This document shows positions 44,755 to 56,976 of a stretch of 64,000 nucleotides of DNA, one piece after another. Numbering within the stretch: the stretch's first letter is position 1; every line of letters starts with the position of its first letter. The position numbers were made by a program, and so were the translations under genes. This stretch comes from an uncultured Gemmatimonadaceae bacterium (GTDB taxonomy: Bacteria > Gemmatimonadota > Gemmatimonadetes > Gemmatimonadales > Gemmatimonadaceae): assembly GCA_963829055.1 (NCBI GenBank), contig CAWHHI010000004.1, positions 384,001 to 448,000 on the forward strand. Direction: 5' to 3'. The notes under the pieces were generated by a model. The model worked only from the letters and a program-made list of their open reading frames with translations, had not been told where the DNA came from and made no database searches.

Positions 44755-45737
44755 ACCGTCGTGGTGGCATGCGCGTGCAGGTTGCCCTCGCACTCGTGGC
44801 GCTGGCGGCGCCACTCGGCGCCGTTCACGCGCAGGAAGCACCGCCGTCGGAACTACCTGCACGACTCGTCGGCGACCGGTTCTACGTCCATCCGGTCACG
44901 CAGCGCGGTGACACGCTCACGCTGTTCACCGATACCGGTGGCGGACTCTGGCTCGCGAGCGATGCCGTCGCGCGCCTCGGACTCCCAACGAAAGTCGTGG
45001 GCATTCAGGGCACGGACACGGTGCGGTCTGTGATGCTGCCGGCATTTCAGCCCGGCCGCGGGATCCCTACGCCGCTCGGACGCGAGGGCGGCGCGCTGTT
45101 CGTCTTTCCCTCGTCGCAGCTGAGCGGAATGGGGAACGGCTGGACGGGCATGCTCGGGCAGGAATGGTTCTATGGACGCGTGTGGACGTTCGATTACCCG
45201 CGCGGCAAACTGCTCGTGCACGCATCGAGCGCCACCGTCCCGAGCGACCCCGCGCACACGGTTCCGCTGGCGTTCCGTCGCAATGGCAACACGGCCGCGA
45301 ACGGCTTCGCGCGCATTCGCGTTGCTGTCGACGGCGATTCGCTCGACATGCTGTTCGACACCGGTGCGACGCAGCGGGTAGCCGACTCCACGGCCGCGCG
45401 GTTAGGCGGACCGGCTGGCGAGCGTGCGACGAGCTTCATCACGACCGAGGTGTTCGATCGCTGGCGCAAACGACATCCCGACTGGCGCGTAGTTCCGAAT
45501 GCCGATGATCTGCCAGGAATGGCCGCCATCGAGGTCCCGCGTGTATCCGTCGGCGGTTTCGACGTCGGCCCCGTATGGTTCACGCAGCGTCCCGACCGCT
45601 CGTTCCACGACTACATGGCACAGTGGATGGACAGGCCGACTGACGGCGCGCTCGGTGGTTCCGCGCTGAAATACTTTCGCGTGACGGTCGACTACCCGAA
45701 CGCGATTGCCGTGTTCGAACGGCCGGAGCGTACCTAA
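44751..45737 (+). CDS. Secreted aspartyl-protease-like protein with two DTG motifs
   Basis: Signal peptide; LFTDTGG..GMLG..DYP and LFDTGA..GALG..VDYP. Confidence 0.75.
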   Translation: MNRRGGMRVQVALALVALAAPLGAVHAQEAPPSELPARLVGDRFYVHPVTQRGDTLTLFTDTGGGLWLASDAVARLGLPTKVVGIQGTDTVRSVMLPAFQPGRGIPTPLGREGGALFVFPSSQLSGMGNGWTGMLGQEWFYGRVWTFDYPRGKLLVHASSATVPSDPAHTVPLAFRRNGNTAANGFARIRVAVDGDSLDMLFDTGATQRVADSTAARLGGPAGERATSFITTEVFDRWRKRHPDWRVVPNADDLPGMAAIEVPRVSVGGFDVGPVWFTQRPDRSFHDYMAQWMDRPTDGALGGSALKYFRVTVDYPNAIAVFERPERT

Positions 45738-45739
45738 CG

Positions 45740-46741
45740 ATGAACATGTTACGAGTCGGTCCCGTCGTCGGCCGCGCGGGTGAGAAGGTCTCGGGGTTCA
45801 TCGAAGTTCCCGCAGGTGTCGACGCAGGGGCGAGAATCCCTGTGACCGTCGTGACCGGCAGTGCCGACGGCCCAGTCCTGGCGTTGATCGCGGGAACGCA
45901 CGGGTCGGAGCCGTCGCCAATCGTTGCACTGCAACGGGTGCGCAGCGAGCTCGATCCCCTGACGCTTCGGGGCACGGTCATCCTGGTGCACGTCGCGAAC
46001 CTGCCCTCGTTCGTTCATCGCACGATCTACCGCGGGCCGTGGGATCAGAAGAATCTGAACCGCGTCTTCCCTGGCAAGGCGGATGGAACGGCATCGGAGC
46101 GCATCGCGTACGCGATCACCACGCAGGTGATCGATCAGTGCGACTACCTGGTGGACATCCACTCCGGTGATGGCAACGAAGCGCTCCGCCCGTACTCGTA
46201 CTGGAACCAGCTCGGCCTCGACGAGCGCGTGGATGTCACAGCCCGGGAGATGGCGCTCGCGTTCGGACTGGATCACATCGTCGTCGACCGAGGGCGCCCA
46301 CGCGATCCCGCCGCTACGCAGTTCTGCTCGAACACCGCGCACGTGCGTGGAAAACCCGCGGTGACGACCGAGGCCGGCGGCGTCGGCGTTCCCACCGAGG
46401 AGATGGTTTCGTGCAACGCGCGCGGTGCGTTCCGCGTTATGCGCTACCTGGACATGGTGCCGGGGCCGAAGGAGACCGTCGAACGACCGCGGTGGATCGA
46501 CCCGTCGGTGGTGCTGACGAGTCCGGGGACGGGTACGTGGTATCCCGCGGTGCAGCCCGACGAACACGTGAGCGAGGGCGCGCTGTTCGGCCGGCTCACC
46601 AACTATTTCGGCGACGTGATCGCCGAGGTGCGCTCGCCGCTAGCCGGTGTGGTGATGTACGTCGTGGTGTCGCCGGCCATGAGCGAAGGTGAGCCGCTCG
46701 GCATGGTCGGCGCGGTGACGGTCGCCGCCCTGCCCGCCTAA
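45740..46741 (+). CDS. Succinylglutamate desuccinylase/aspartoacylase family (M14)
   Basis: AGTHGSE, NLNRVFPG, VDIHSG, TTEAG. Confidence 0.9.
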   Translation: MNMLRVGPVVGRAGEKVSGFIEVPAGVDAGARIPVTVVTGSADGPVLALIAGTHGSEPSPIVALQRVRSELDPLTLRGTVILVHVANLPSFVHRTIYRGPWDQKNLNRVFPGKADGTASERIAYAITTQVIDQCDYLVDIHSGDGNEALRPYSYWNQLGLDERVDVTAREMALAFGLDHIVVDRGRPRDPAATQFCSNTAHVRGKPAVTTEAGGVGVPTEEMVSCNARGAFRVMRYLDMVPGPKETVERPRWIDPSVVLTSPGTGTWYPAVQPDEHVSEGALFGRLTNYFGDVIAEVRSPLAGVVMYVVVSPAMSEGEPLGMVGAVTVAALPA

Positions 46742-46761
46742 CGACCGCCTGCTGCTCGAGG

Positions 46762-47577
46762 TCAGCGCTTGCGGAGCGTCACGCCGCCATTCGTCGTCGT
46801 GACACGCACGAGCGCTCCGCCCTGGCCGAGCTGCGTCGAGAGTTGACGGTCGAGCCGGCCCTGCACCGTGACGGGGAAGCCGATCTCCATGCCGCCGTTT
46901 GTCGTGCCTGTCTCCAGACGCGCCGAGTAGTTCTCGGGGATCGTCAGCTCGACGCCGCCGTTGGTGCTGCGCACGTCGAGGCCCGCGCCGCTCCACCGGT
47001 CACCGGTCAACTGAACGTCTACTCCACCATTCGCCGTTTCGCCGCGGACATCGCCGGCGACTCCGGTCAGCGAGATGCCACCGTTCGTCGTCTCGAATTG
47101 GAGGCGTCCGTCCACGTTGTCGATGGAGATCCCGCCGTTCGTGGCGGTGAGGTCGAGGCTCATCTTGCGCGGCACGTGAATCTCATAGCTCACCGACCAC
47201 GATGATCGCCAACGCGTGGACGGCCCGTCCGCACGAATCTCATCACCGGTCTCGATGCGAATCTGCTCCGCCATGGCCTTGGCGTCCGCTTCGCTGCCAG
47301 CCTGCGTCTGAATCTTCGAGATGACGAGAATGTCGCTCCGATCGGAGCCTATCACCTCGATGCCTCCATTCGTCCGCCCATCGACACGAAGCTGCGAGCG
47401 AGCGCCGATGGTCTGCTCGCGAACGTCACAGTACCGCTCCCGGTCACTGCGCCCACCGTCGTGCTGGCAGTCGTCGAGCCAGCGCTGCGCATCGCGCGAC
47501 TGCGCGCTGCGGGATTGTGCGGCCGCTGGGACTGCGGACAGCGTGAGAAAGAGGGCAGGGAGCAGAGCTCGGCGCAT
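46762..47577 (-). CDS. DUF4097 beta-strand-repeat exported protein
   Basis: Signal peptide; repeated TNGGI/TNGGV motifs. Confidence 0.88.
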   Translation of the reverse strand: MRRALLPALFLTLSAVPAAAQSRSAQSRDAQRWLDDCQHDGGRSDRERYCDVREQTIGARSQLRVDGRTNGGIEVIGSDRSDILVISKIQTQAGSEADAKAMAEQIRIETGDEIRADGPSTRWRSSWSVSYEIHVPRKMSLDLTATNGGISIDNVDGRLQFETTNGGISLTGVAGDVRGETANGGVDVQLTGDRWSGAGLDVRSTNGGVELTIPENYSARLETGTTNGGMEIGFPVTVQGRLDRQLSTQLGQGGALVRVTTTNGGVTLRKR

Positions 47578-47781
47578 GTGAATCTCCAGGGTCGACATCG
47601 TCAGGACGAACGATGGTGAGACAACCCTTACCCCACGAGGGTTTCGCGACACCGAGCGCCCGCGCCCGGCCCGGGCGCACGGGGATCTTCCGGAACGTGA
47701 TCGTGGCCGGACTAGCTCGGATGACTGCAGCGTGTCTCTGGCACGCGAAGTCCACCGCGCCGACAAGAACACAGCGAATCG

Positions 47782-47936
47782 ACAACGCAAACAGCAACGG
47801 CAACGGCAACAGCAGAGACAGGATTGGCAGGATTTGCAGGATTGAAGAGACGTCTCGAGGGATGGTCGCGATCTGCCCGCCCGGAATCCTGCCAATCCTG
47901 CAATCCTGTCCTTTTTGTTGTTGCTGCTTGTGTTTG
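47782..47936. repeat. Second nonamer-armed inverted element with CAACGG/CAACAG flanks
   Basis: caacggcaacggcaacagcagagacaggattggcaggatttgcaggattga ... aatcctgccaatcctgcaatcctgtcc..ttgttgttgctgc. Confidence 0.8.
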
Positions 47937-47956
47937 TCGTCCCGAGCGTCAGCCGG

Positions 47957-48073
47957 TTGTCATCCCGACGCGGCCCGCGCAGCGGCAGCGAGGGATCTTC
48001 GGTGAAGTACTCGTGGCCAGGCTAGCCACGCTGACGTTGGAGAAGATCCCTCGCGGATGCTCGGGATGACAAC
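47957..48073. repeat. REP-like palindrome, TGTCATCCCG variant
   Basis: ttgtcatcccga..cgagggatctt / aagatccctcg..tcgggatgacaa. Confidence 0.8.
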
Positions 48074-48079
48074 GCTTTC

Positions 48080-48132
48080 TCCGCCATCCGCCGTCCGCCC
48101 TCCTCCTTCCTAAGGCCTCCTTCCTCAGGCCT
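48080..48132. repeat. (NTCCGCC)3 plus (GGCCTCCTTCCTNA)2 tract
   Basis: tccgccatccgccgtccgccctcctccttcctaaggcctccttcctcaggcctc, 3' of tamB. Confidence 0.7.
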
Positions 48133-48144
48133 CGATTCGCCTCG

Positions 48145-51100
48145 CTAGAACTTCCACTCGCGGGCGAGGAATGTTCCGAATATCCCGGTGCTCTTTGGCG
48201 TCACGCGCTCGAGCGTTGGGGCCTGCGGGATGTACCGGGGCGTGAAGCTCGCGCGACCGAGAAGCCCTTACCGAGACGACGCTGCACGCGAATTCCCGGC
48301 ACGGCGCGATCGTTCGGGTCGCTCGCGAACGCGCTCAGTCGCGCCTGCACCGCGACGAACGTGTTCGGATCGGTGTACTTCCCGACTTCGATTTCGCGTG
48401 CCCTTGAAGAAACCCGAGATTTCTCCGCTCTGCGCCAGTTCGGTGTACAGGTCGGCCGGCGTCACGTTCACGTACGCGGCGCCGAGCGAGCGCGCCGCCT
48501 GACTCTCGAACTCGTTCACGAAGACGCCGAGCGCGACCGCCGCCAGCTGTTGCGTCGCGAGCTGCGCTCCGGTGCCGGCGATCCCGGATCCGCCACCACC
48601 GCCCGAGAGCGACGATCCCTCGAACTGCAGCAATGAGCTCGACGTCCGGCCGAACGCGAGGTAGCTGAGCAGGTCCGACTGTGAGAGCGGCGGCTGCGCG
48701 TCGCTGTCGAGCGCGATCCGCGGACGACTCAGCGTGCCGCCAATCTGCACGCGGATGTTGATCGCCTGGCTCGCGGCCAGTCGCACTTCGTATTCGCCCG
48801 TGATCTGCAGGTTCGGATCGAGCTCGGCGTCCACCGACGAACATCGACCGACCCTCGCCGAATCTGGAATCGCTTGCTGAGGAACTCGTACTCGCCACGA
48901 TCCGTCTGAACCTCGCCGTCCAGCACGACAGCCTGACGACGCTGGTCGACGCGAATCGCCAGTGCGCGATCCGGTGGCGTGAAGATCTCGACGTTGGCGT
49001 CGCGCCGTCCGCACCCAGGTGTCGCGCGCCACATCGAGCGTTCACGTCCATCCGCAGGTTCGCCATCAGCGCGATTGGCGCGCCCACGCCGCATCTCCTC
49101 GTCACCCGCGCTTGGACGTGTCGACGAACTGATACAACGCCGGATCGCGCGTGCTGATGACTTCCTTGTGGTCCGATTCCGGGATCGACGATCACGCCGT
49201 TTTGCACGCCGACGCGGCCCGACACCACCGTGCGGTCGAACGGTCCCTTCACCTCGAGGCCAACGTCCGCGCGCACGGTGCCCTGTGTCGTTGTCCAGCA
49301 CGCGCGCGTTCTCCGCCACCAGGTGCAGGTCGAACGACGGCTCGGCTGATCTTCTTGATGCCGATACCGCCGCGCGCGAAGACGCGGCCACCCGCGCGCC
49401 CCGCGATCGAGTCGATGACGATCGTATCGGCGAACATACGGAGCGACGCGTTCACGTTCGTGAGGCGCATCCCGGTCGACGCGAGACGCACGCTCCCGTT
49501 CTGCAGCGCCAGCGCGCCAACCGTCGTCGGGTGACGCGTCGTCCCGCGCACGCGCACGACGCCGAACGCGCGCCCACCGACATCCGACACGGCATCGGTG
49601 AATCGTGACACGAGGTCGAGCGGCAGCCCCTCCGACCGCGCAGTCGATCGAGATCGGCGCGTCGGGCAGCATCGGCCCCGGCGATCCCGATCCGAGGTTC
49701 ATCGGGATCGTGCCGTCCGCGACGGCGACGCGTCGTCCGCTGTCCGCGAGCCTCGAGATGCGTCGTCAGCGTCGGCGACGCGTACGTCGCCGTCGCGCGG
49801 AGGTCGGGGACCACCGTGCCGGCGTACATGGCGTTCGCCACGCCTAACGCCGCCCGGATCCTCGGCGCCGCGCGTCGTGCCCTCGATCCGCGCCGTCGTC
49901 GTGACGAGGCCGCGGAACGTCGAGATCCGTCTGCGCCAGCGCCGCGAGATCGGCGACCTGGAAATTCTCTATCACGATGTCGAGTGCGCCGACACCCTCT
50001 GGCGGAATGTTGCCGTCGACGAACACGCGACCGTTCTTCCCGTTCTTGAGCTCCAGCTCGGTCGACGAACACGCCGCCGGTGCCCCAGCGGATCGCCGAC
50101 GGATGCGACGCCACCCACCGCGTGCTGTCGAACCGCAGCGCGAGGTCGCGAAGGTGCACCTCGTTATGATCCTTGTGCAGCGCGAAGTCGCCGCCCACGC
50201 TGTACTCCTCGCCCGTCTGCTGGAACATCGCGACCACGACGTCGCCCGCCGACGCGTGATACGACGAGCGGATCTCCACGCTGTCCATCGCGAAACCCGC
50301 CGCGCGCGCTGAGTCGAGCGACGCGCCGACGGCGATCGCCGACTGCGGGCGTGAGTCGCGCCGAGCCACGCGTACTCGAGACGCCCCCGACGCAGCGTGT
50401 TGCCGCGGAAGACGACGTTCTCGGCCGCCGCTCGCCCGCGGAGGTCGAAGCCCTTGATGCCACCCCTGATCGACGCCAGCTGCGCGCAACTGTCCCCGCG
50501 GTGGAGTCGACGACGAAGCGGCGCCTGGTGGAGCAGGGATGGGTCCGAGGCGAGGCGCGGCAGCGCCAGTCGCGAGACGCTCGATCTCGGTCTCGCGCGC
50601 GACCGTCGCGGAGTCGGCCCTGCGCCTGTGCGACGATGCGTGCGTAGTCGCGCGGACGCGGCGCGACGACGCCGGTGTCCGCCGCCGGGAAGAACCGGTT
50701 GAGCGCGCGCGAGCGAATCGACGACGCGGCTCGATACCGCAGCTCGCCGGTGTGCCCGGCCGCGAGTCCGAACGTGCCGCCGAGCGTGAGCGACCGTGTG
50801 CGGTCCACTCACGCTCGTCGAGTCGAGACGCGCACATGCCGTCCGCGATCGCCACGCGAACGTACGCCGAGTCGATCGCGACGGTGTCGATCGTGGAGGT
50901 CGCGAGGTTCGCGCCGAACGCGCCGCGCATGGTGGCCGGATCGAAGCCACGACCACGCGCGAACGCGGTTGCGGTGAGCGACGTGGCCGGCGCGCTTCGC
51001 CACGACGCTGCTTCGCGTTGAACACGCGCATCTGCGCGGCGAGATCGTAGCCCTTGTCCTTGCTCGCGAGATCGAGCGTGCCGCGCGTGTCGAGGCCGTC

Positions 51101-52797
51101 CGCCGTCGGCGAGCGCGAGCCGCGCATCCATCGCGAGGTTGCCCAGGTCTCCCGTTAGGCGCACCGGGCCGGCCGCCGCGCCCTGCGAGGCCTGCGGCAG
51201 GCGCGAACTTGCCGACCTCCGCCAGCGACAGCGGCAGCAACCGGGCGTCGACGTCGAACCACGGCCGGCTCCCGAGACCGCATCGTCGCGTTCCCCGCGA
51301 TTCTGGATCGCAGCGCGCCGTCAGTGTGCGTGAGATCGGTGCGCACGACGAGCTGCGCGTTCGTCTCGCCGTTGAGGCGCGCCGAGCCGCGAATCGAGCC
51401 GCCAATCGGAAGCGTCGGCATGAACGTCGTCGCCATCCCGACCTGCACCGGGTCGAGCGTGACGTCGAGATCGCGGAACCGAACGCCGCGAGCCCGTCGT
51501 GCCCGACTGCCCCTATCGCGATCACGCGACTGCGGCCATAGCGGGCGTCGTCGAAGGCGACGTCGCCGTCCACGTGCATGAGGCCCGGTGATCCATCGAG
51601 CTTCGCCGACGCCGCTCAACGTCCCGTGCCGCGGGATCTTCACGTCAGGCGACCAGCTGCTCGATCAGGTGCGTGTCGACCGACGAGAACCGCAGGTCCG
51701 TGTCGTGGAACCACAGGCTGTCGCCGACCATGGAGATGGCGAAGTCACCGCCGGTCCGCGCGGAGTCGATGCGGAAGTCCACCTTCTGCGCGATGTACGT
51801 CGACGTATCGCCTTTCCACTGAAGGCGGAAATCGAGATTGCCCTGACCGCGCGCCGGCAGCTGCGGCATGATGAACCGGACGTCCGCGAGGGACATCGGC
51901 TGTGCGCGCAGCAGGAGGTCGAAATCGTTTGTGTCGAACACGTAGCGCCCGTCGCCCGCGGCCTTCGATCCCGGCAGCCACAGGTGCGTGTTCTTGAACC
52001 AGATCGAGTCGCTGTGAACTCCAGCGTGCCGATGAAGTTGCTGATGACGGCCGCCGGCGGATGGAACGGCAGCACCGTCGCGGAAAGCTTCGCGATCTCG
52101 AGCCGGCGGACATGCGTGTCCGGGTGTTGGAGCCGAAGGTAGGGAAGCTCACCGTTGAAATCGCGGAACTCGATGATCTTCTGGAAGCCGTCGCCGCGAC
52201 GCTCGACGACCACGCGCTCCTTCCCGGCGACCGCGGAGCGCGATGGCCGAGTCGCGCGCCGCGCCAGTCAGCTCACTCTTGGGCTTCCACGGGGAGCGGA
52301 TCACCATGTGCCCGCCGAGCACGGTGATGTTGCGCAGTACGATCCAGTCGCCGAAACCAGCCTTGGTCGTGTCGCTTCTGCTGCTCCGGCGTATTGCTCT
52401 TGAAGATCGCCTTGTAGTTCCAGAGCGCGCTGTCGCCCGGCGGCCGGTCCAGTACCACGAGCGGGTGAACCAGTCGGATGTCGGTCAGCTCGAGCCGCTT
52501 TCGCAGCAGCGCACGCAGTCCGTAGTTCAGGCTTACCGAGTCCGCGACCAGGAACGGTGCGTTCGCGGAGTCACGGATCGACACGTTCGCGATCGTGAAT
52601 CCCTCGAGGAGGTTCCCGCTCACGCGTCCGAGCCGCACGACTCCATGCTTGGCCGCGCCCTGCACGGCCGATTGCGCGAACCGGCGGACCCGCTCGCGCC
52701 CGTAGTCCGTGTTCGTGAACACGAGCAACCCCACCAGTACGACGGCCACCAGCAGCACCACGAACGCTGCGGCGTAGGCCAGAATGCGACGACCCAC
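48145..52797 (-). CDS. tamB: Translocation and assembly module TamB-like protein (heavily frameshifted)
   Basis: N-terminal TM then NTDYGRE, GRVSGNLL; C-terminal DUF490-like LDPNL..I.GTLSRPRI.L.SD..PLSQSDLLSYL.FG; ends WKF*. Confidence 0.85.
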
Positions 52798-52798
52798 G

Positions 52799-55067
52799 TC
52801 AGTACGCCTCGCCGATGGACAGATGTAACGTTAGGCGCCGCATCACGCCGGTGATGCCGGACGCGCCTCCCGTCGGGTTGTACTTCCACTGGTCGGTCAG
52901 CTGCACGATCTGCCCCTGTCCGTTCGGGCCCGGGGATCTCCGTGATCACCGAGAGGTCCTCGGCCAGCGCGGGGTTGAGTCCGACGTCGACGCGGATCGG
53001 CCCAACCGCCGAGCGGTAGCGAATGCCGATGCCCGGCGTGATCGTGCCTGCGCCCTTCGTCGCGGACTGCAGCGAGCCCTGGCCGAGCAGCGCGCCGTCG
53101 ACGAACGTCGCGCCGTAGAGGGCGCGCCAGATCGGGAAGCGATACTCGACACTGCCCTCGATCAACGCGCGACCGCCTAACGGGCGAGGCGTGAAGTCTC
53201 TGTCGGCCAGCGCGTTGCCTGACGAGTCGACGCGGGACAGATCGCACGTCGCCACCGCCTCCCCGCTGAGCTCGGGGCAGATCACCGCGAGCTTGCTCGC
53301 CGGCAGCGTGAGAACGCGCGGGCCGAGTTGATTCTCGCCAACGCCGCGGACCGACCGCGCTCCGCCTGCGTACAGGCGCGTCCGCGGGTGCAGGATGTCA
53401 CCGCTCAGGTCCTCGCCAGCGCCCGTCGCGAGTCGCGTGCTTTCCAGCGCCCTCACGAACCCCACGCGCGAGTGGAACGCCAGAACCGATCGAGCGCCGA
53501 TCGGCCGATACACCGCGCCCTCCGCGTAGACGCTGTTGTAGCGAAAGCTCGATCCCGTGTACGCCGACGCATGATCGAGGCGCGCCTCAGCTGTGTAGCC
53601 GCGCCTGGGCTCCAGTGGATCGTTCTGGCGGTTCACGTTTGCTATGAGCGAGACTGGCGCGAGCCGTTGCCTCTCCCGGAGCGCCGCGATCGTCTGCGGA
53701 TCGCACACGCCGTAGTTGACGCAGTAGTACACGTCGCCGGCGATGACGCCGGTGAGCTCGAATCGGTACGTCAGGCTCACGGGCACGCGATCCATGATGT
53801 CGCGCGTGAACGAGACGTTCGCGCCCTCACCACGTTCGACGAACACCGACTGGTGCCATACGTCTGTAGGCAAACACGCCGAAGCCGGCCGAATTTTTCG
53901 GCGAAAGGAACCACGGCTGCGTGAAGTCGGCGCTCGCGTTATAGGTCGGGTCGAGAAACGCGGACGCATCGCCGACGACGTCTTCGGTGATGTCCTGGAA
54001 GCCGATCAGCCCGCCGATCTGCGAGCCGTTCAGACTCTCGGCGAACAGGTTGCCTAACGTCGCGACCGCATCGAGCCGCCGCGCACCGCCGAAGAAGTTG
54101 TTGTGCGTGAACCGGCCGTCGACCTGGATGAAATCGAATGTGTTGAAGCCGCCACTCACGCGAGCGAGACGCGGCGCCGCTTCCGTCACGCTGACTTCGA
54201 CGTTCCTGATCGCTGTCCCTGGCCGCGCGGCGCCGTCGATGGCGGCAGCGCTGGAACAGTCCCGACTCGTACAGACGACGCTGCGTGTGTGCTCAGCTCC
54301 ACGCGGCGGAACAGGTCGCCAGTGTGGAAGCTGAGCGAATTGCGAATCGTCCGCTCGGAGACCGACTTGTTGCCGGTCACGGTGATAGTGCCGACGTGCG
54401 TTATCCATCGCGGCGTGACGCGGATGGTGGCCTCGGCTGTTCGCGCGGCGGTGTCGATCGCGGTAGCCGTGTCGACCCGCGCATCCGCATACCCTTTGTC
54501 CTGCAGGACCAAACGGATGCGCGCGACGGAGGAGTCGAGCTCGATGAGGTTGAACGGCTTGCCCGAATCGACTCGAGACCACGCGTTCCACCTGCGCGGT
54601 CGTGAGCACCGAATCCGTCTGATTCACATGAACGGCGCGGACGAGCGTCGGCGCTCCCTTCAGTGATCTTGAACGTAACGGCGACCTGATCGTTGCCCTT
54701 GCTCGACGACGCTGGTGTCCACCGCGGCCTGCCGATACCCGCGCATCCAGTAGAACACGCGGATGCGCAGCACATCGCGGCGCAGCTCGGTGCGATCGAG
54801 ATATCGCTTCTCCCAGATCCGATCCGAGTGCGTGAGCGGGCAGAATACGGTCAGGAGAAAGCTCTTACATCGCGACGCTGTCGTCGCGATGCTCTGAGTC
54901 AGCTCATCTCGGTCGACAGATCGAACGCCGCTCAAAGCCAGGGACCGGACTTCCGGTCGCTCCATCTGATCGCTGTTGGCGCTCTTCGTCTGCGCCCCGC
55001 TCGTGCGACCCGCTCCCAGCAGCGCCACGATCGCCCCGAACACGGTAGCAAATCGGCAGGCACGCAT
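52799..55067 (-). CDS. Omp85 (BamA/TamA) family outer membrane protein (frameshifted)
   Basis: POTRA-like LR.DV.RI..FY..RGY and GNK motifs; YAGGARSVRG; GPIRVDVG; C-terminal SIGEAY; adjacent to tamB. Confidence 0.88.
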
Positions 55068-55096
55068 TTGGAAACGCCTGAAGCAAGGCTGGGCCG

Positions 55097-55210
55097 AAGA
55101 GAGGAAGGAGGCCGGCGGAAGGAGGAAGGCGGCAAGCTCCGTGCTGGCGCCCGCTCCCTCCGTCGCTCCTCCGGCCTCCGTTCCTGAGGCCTCCGTTCCT
55201 ATCGGCCTAG
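55097..55210. repeat. Inverted GAGGAAG/GGCCTCC repeat tract
   Basis: gaggaaggaggccggcggaaggaggaaggcgg ... ggcctccgttcctgaggcctccgttccta, between rho and the Omp85 gene. Confidence 0.7.
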
Positions 55211-55216
55211 CTGTCT

Positions 55217-56836
55217 CTACAGTCCCGCTAACAGCGCATCGTTGTTCGCTGTGTTCGCGATGCGCTTGATCAGCCACTCCATCGCGGCCTGCGGCGGCAT
55301 CTGCTGAAGACCGCGCCGCAGCGTGTACACCGCGTCGAGCTGCTCCGGCTTGTACAGCTTCTCCTCGCGACGCGTACCGCTCGTCGCAATGTCGAACGCC
55401 GGGAAGATGCGCTTTTCCGAGAGGGAGCGGTCGAGCTTGATCTCGCTGTTACCCGTGCCCTTGAACTCCTCGAAGATCACGTCGTCCATCCGCGAGCCGG
55501 TCTCGACGAGCGCCGTCGAGATGATCGTGAGTGACCCGCCACCGTCCTTCTCCAGCACCGCGCGAGCCGAACCGAAGAATGCCTTCGGCTTCGCCATCGC
55601 CGACGAATCGAGTCCGCCCGACAGCGTGCGGCCCGAGCCACGCTCGGCCGTGTTGTGAGCGCGAGCCATTCGGGTGAGCGAGTCGAGAACGATCACGACG
55701 TCCTTGCCCATCTCGACGAGACGCCGTGCGTGCTCGAGCACCATCTCCGTGACTTCGACGTGTCGGTCGGCCGGCTGATCGAAGCTCGACGCGATGACCT
55801 CACCGACACCCCACGAGATCGCCTCGCTGACTTCCTCGGGACGCTCGTCCACGAGCAGGATGAGCAGCGTCGCGTTCGGATGGTTGATCGCGATGCCTTC
55901 GGTGATCGCGTGCAGGAGCATCGTCTTGCCGGCGCGTGCCGGGGCGACGATCAGCGCACGCTGGCCATAGCCGATCGGCGCGATGAGATCGATCGCGCGC
56001 CGCGTGAGCTCGGGACCACCCTTCGCCGGACGTCCCGTCTCGAGGAACAGCTTCCGCTCCGGGTACGTCGCGGTGAGCGATCCGAAATCCGGACGGCGCG
56101 TCGCCGTCGCCGGATCCTGTTCGTTGATCTTGAGCAGATTCGACCACGGCACTGCGTCCGCGGTGATCGCGGCCCGTGCTCGCGACGATGGTATCGCCCC
56201 GCCGCAGGCCATACTGGCGAACGAGATGCGGTGCCGATGTAGGCGTCGCCCGGGTCTGCCAGGTAGCTGTTCGCGGCGCGGCGAATGAACCCGCCGTCAC
56301 GCGACGCATCGAACCACCCTGTCGTCTCGCTGTCCGCGACGACCGGCGTTGGCGGGACCTGCTGCTGATTGTCCCGCGCTGGCGCCCGCGACCACGGTTC
56401 CGGCGATTGCGTCGACCGTTACCGTTCCCGCCGCCGAACTGCTGGTTCTGCTGGCGATTGCCGCTGGCTCCATTCTCGCCGCGGTGGTCGCGATGCTCGC
56501 GATTCTGGTTCTGACGCGGCTCCGCGGCGGCTCCCGGTGCTCCCGGGGCTCCCGAGGACGGTGATCGCGCTCGCGGAACTCGCGCGGTGGGCGCTGTTGT
56601 TCCGGCTCGCGCGGCTCCGCGGATGTCTGGTTTGGCGGGGCGAGCTGGTGCAGGGGCGTCCTCAGTCGCGACGGAGACCATGCTGGGCGGCGGCGAGTCG
56701 GTGTTGTCGCCTCCATCAACCGGGGCGTCAGGGGCCCCGTCGCGGTACGGATTCGCTCGCCAGTGGAATCGGCGGACGTTTGGTCGTACGAGCGCGGGCC
56801 ACGGCCACGACGGTGAGGGCGTCGGCGTTCGGTCAT
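55217..56836 (-). CDS. rho: Transcription termination factor Rho with long disordered N-terminus (frameshifted)
   Basis: PIGYGQRALIVAP..AGKT, LVDERPEEV, LDSLTRMARA, LSGG, FFGSAR, TGSRMDDVIFEEFKGTGN, SGTRREE. Confidence 0.96.
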
Positions 56837-56976
56837 GCAACGATATTCGTTATGGGGTGTTTACTCGCGACGTCACGCCGGAATCGACCGGCGTAGTCTC
56901 GCGGTGCTCCTGTGGATCAAGAGGTCGCACGTAAAAACGGCATGCGAGCCCGTGAAGGCCACGAATGATGCACGTT

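Noticed and set aside
44751..45737. Retroelement origin of the double-DTG protease
   Set aside because: It has a signal peptide, sits within an operon, and no reverse transcriptase or integrase is nearby.
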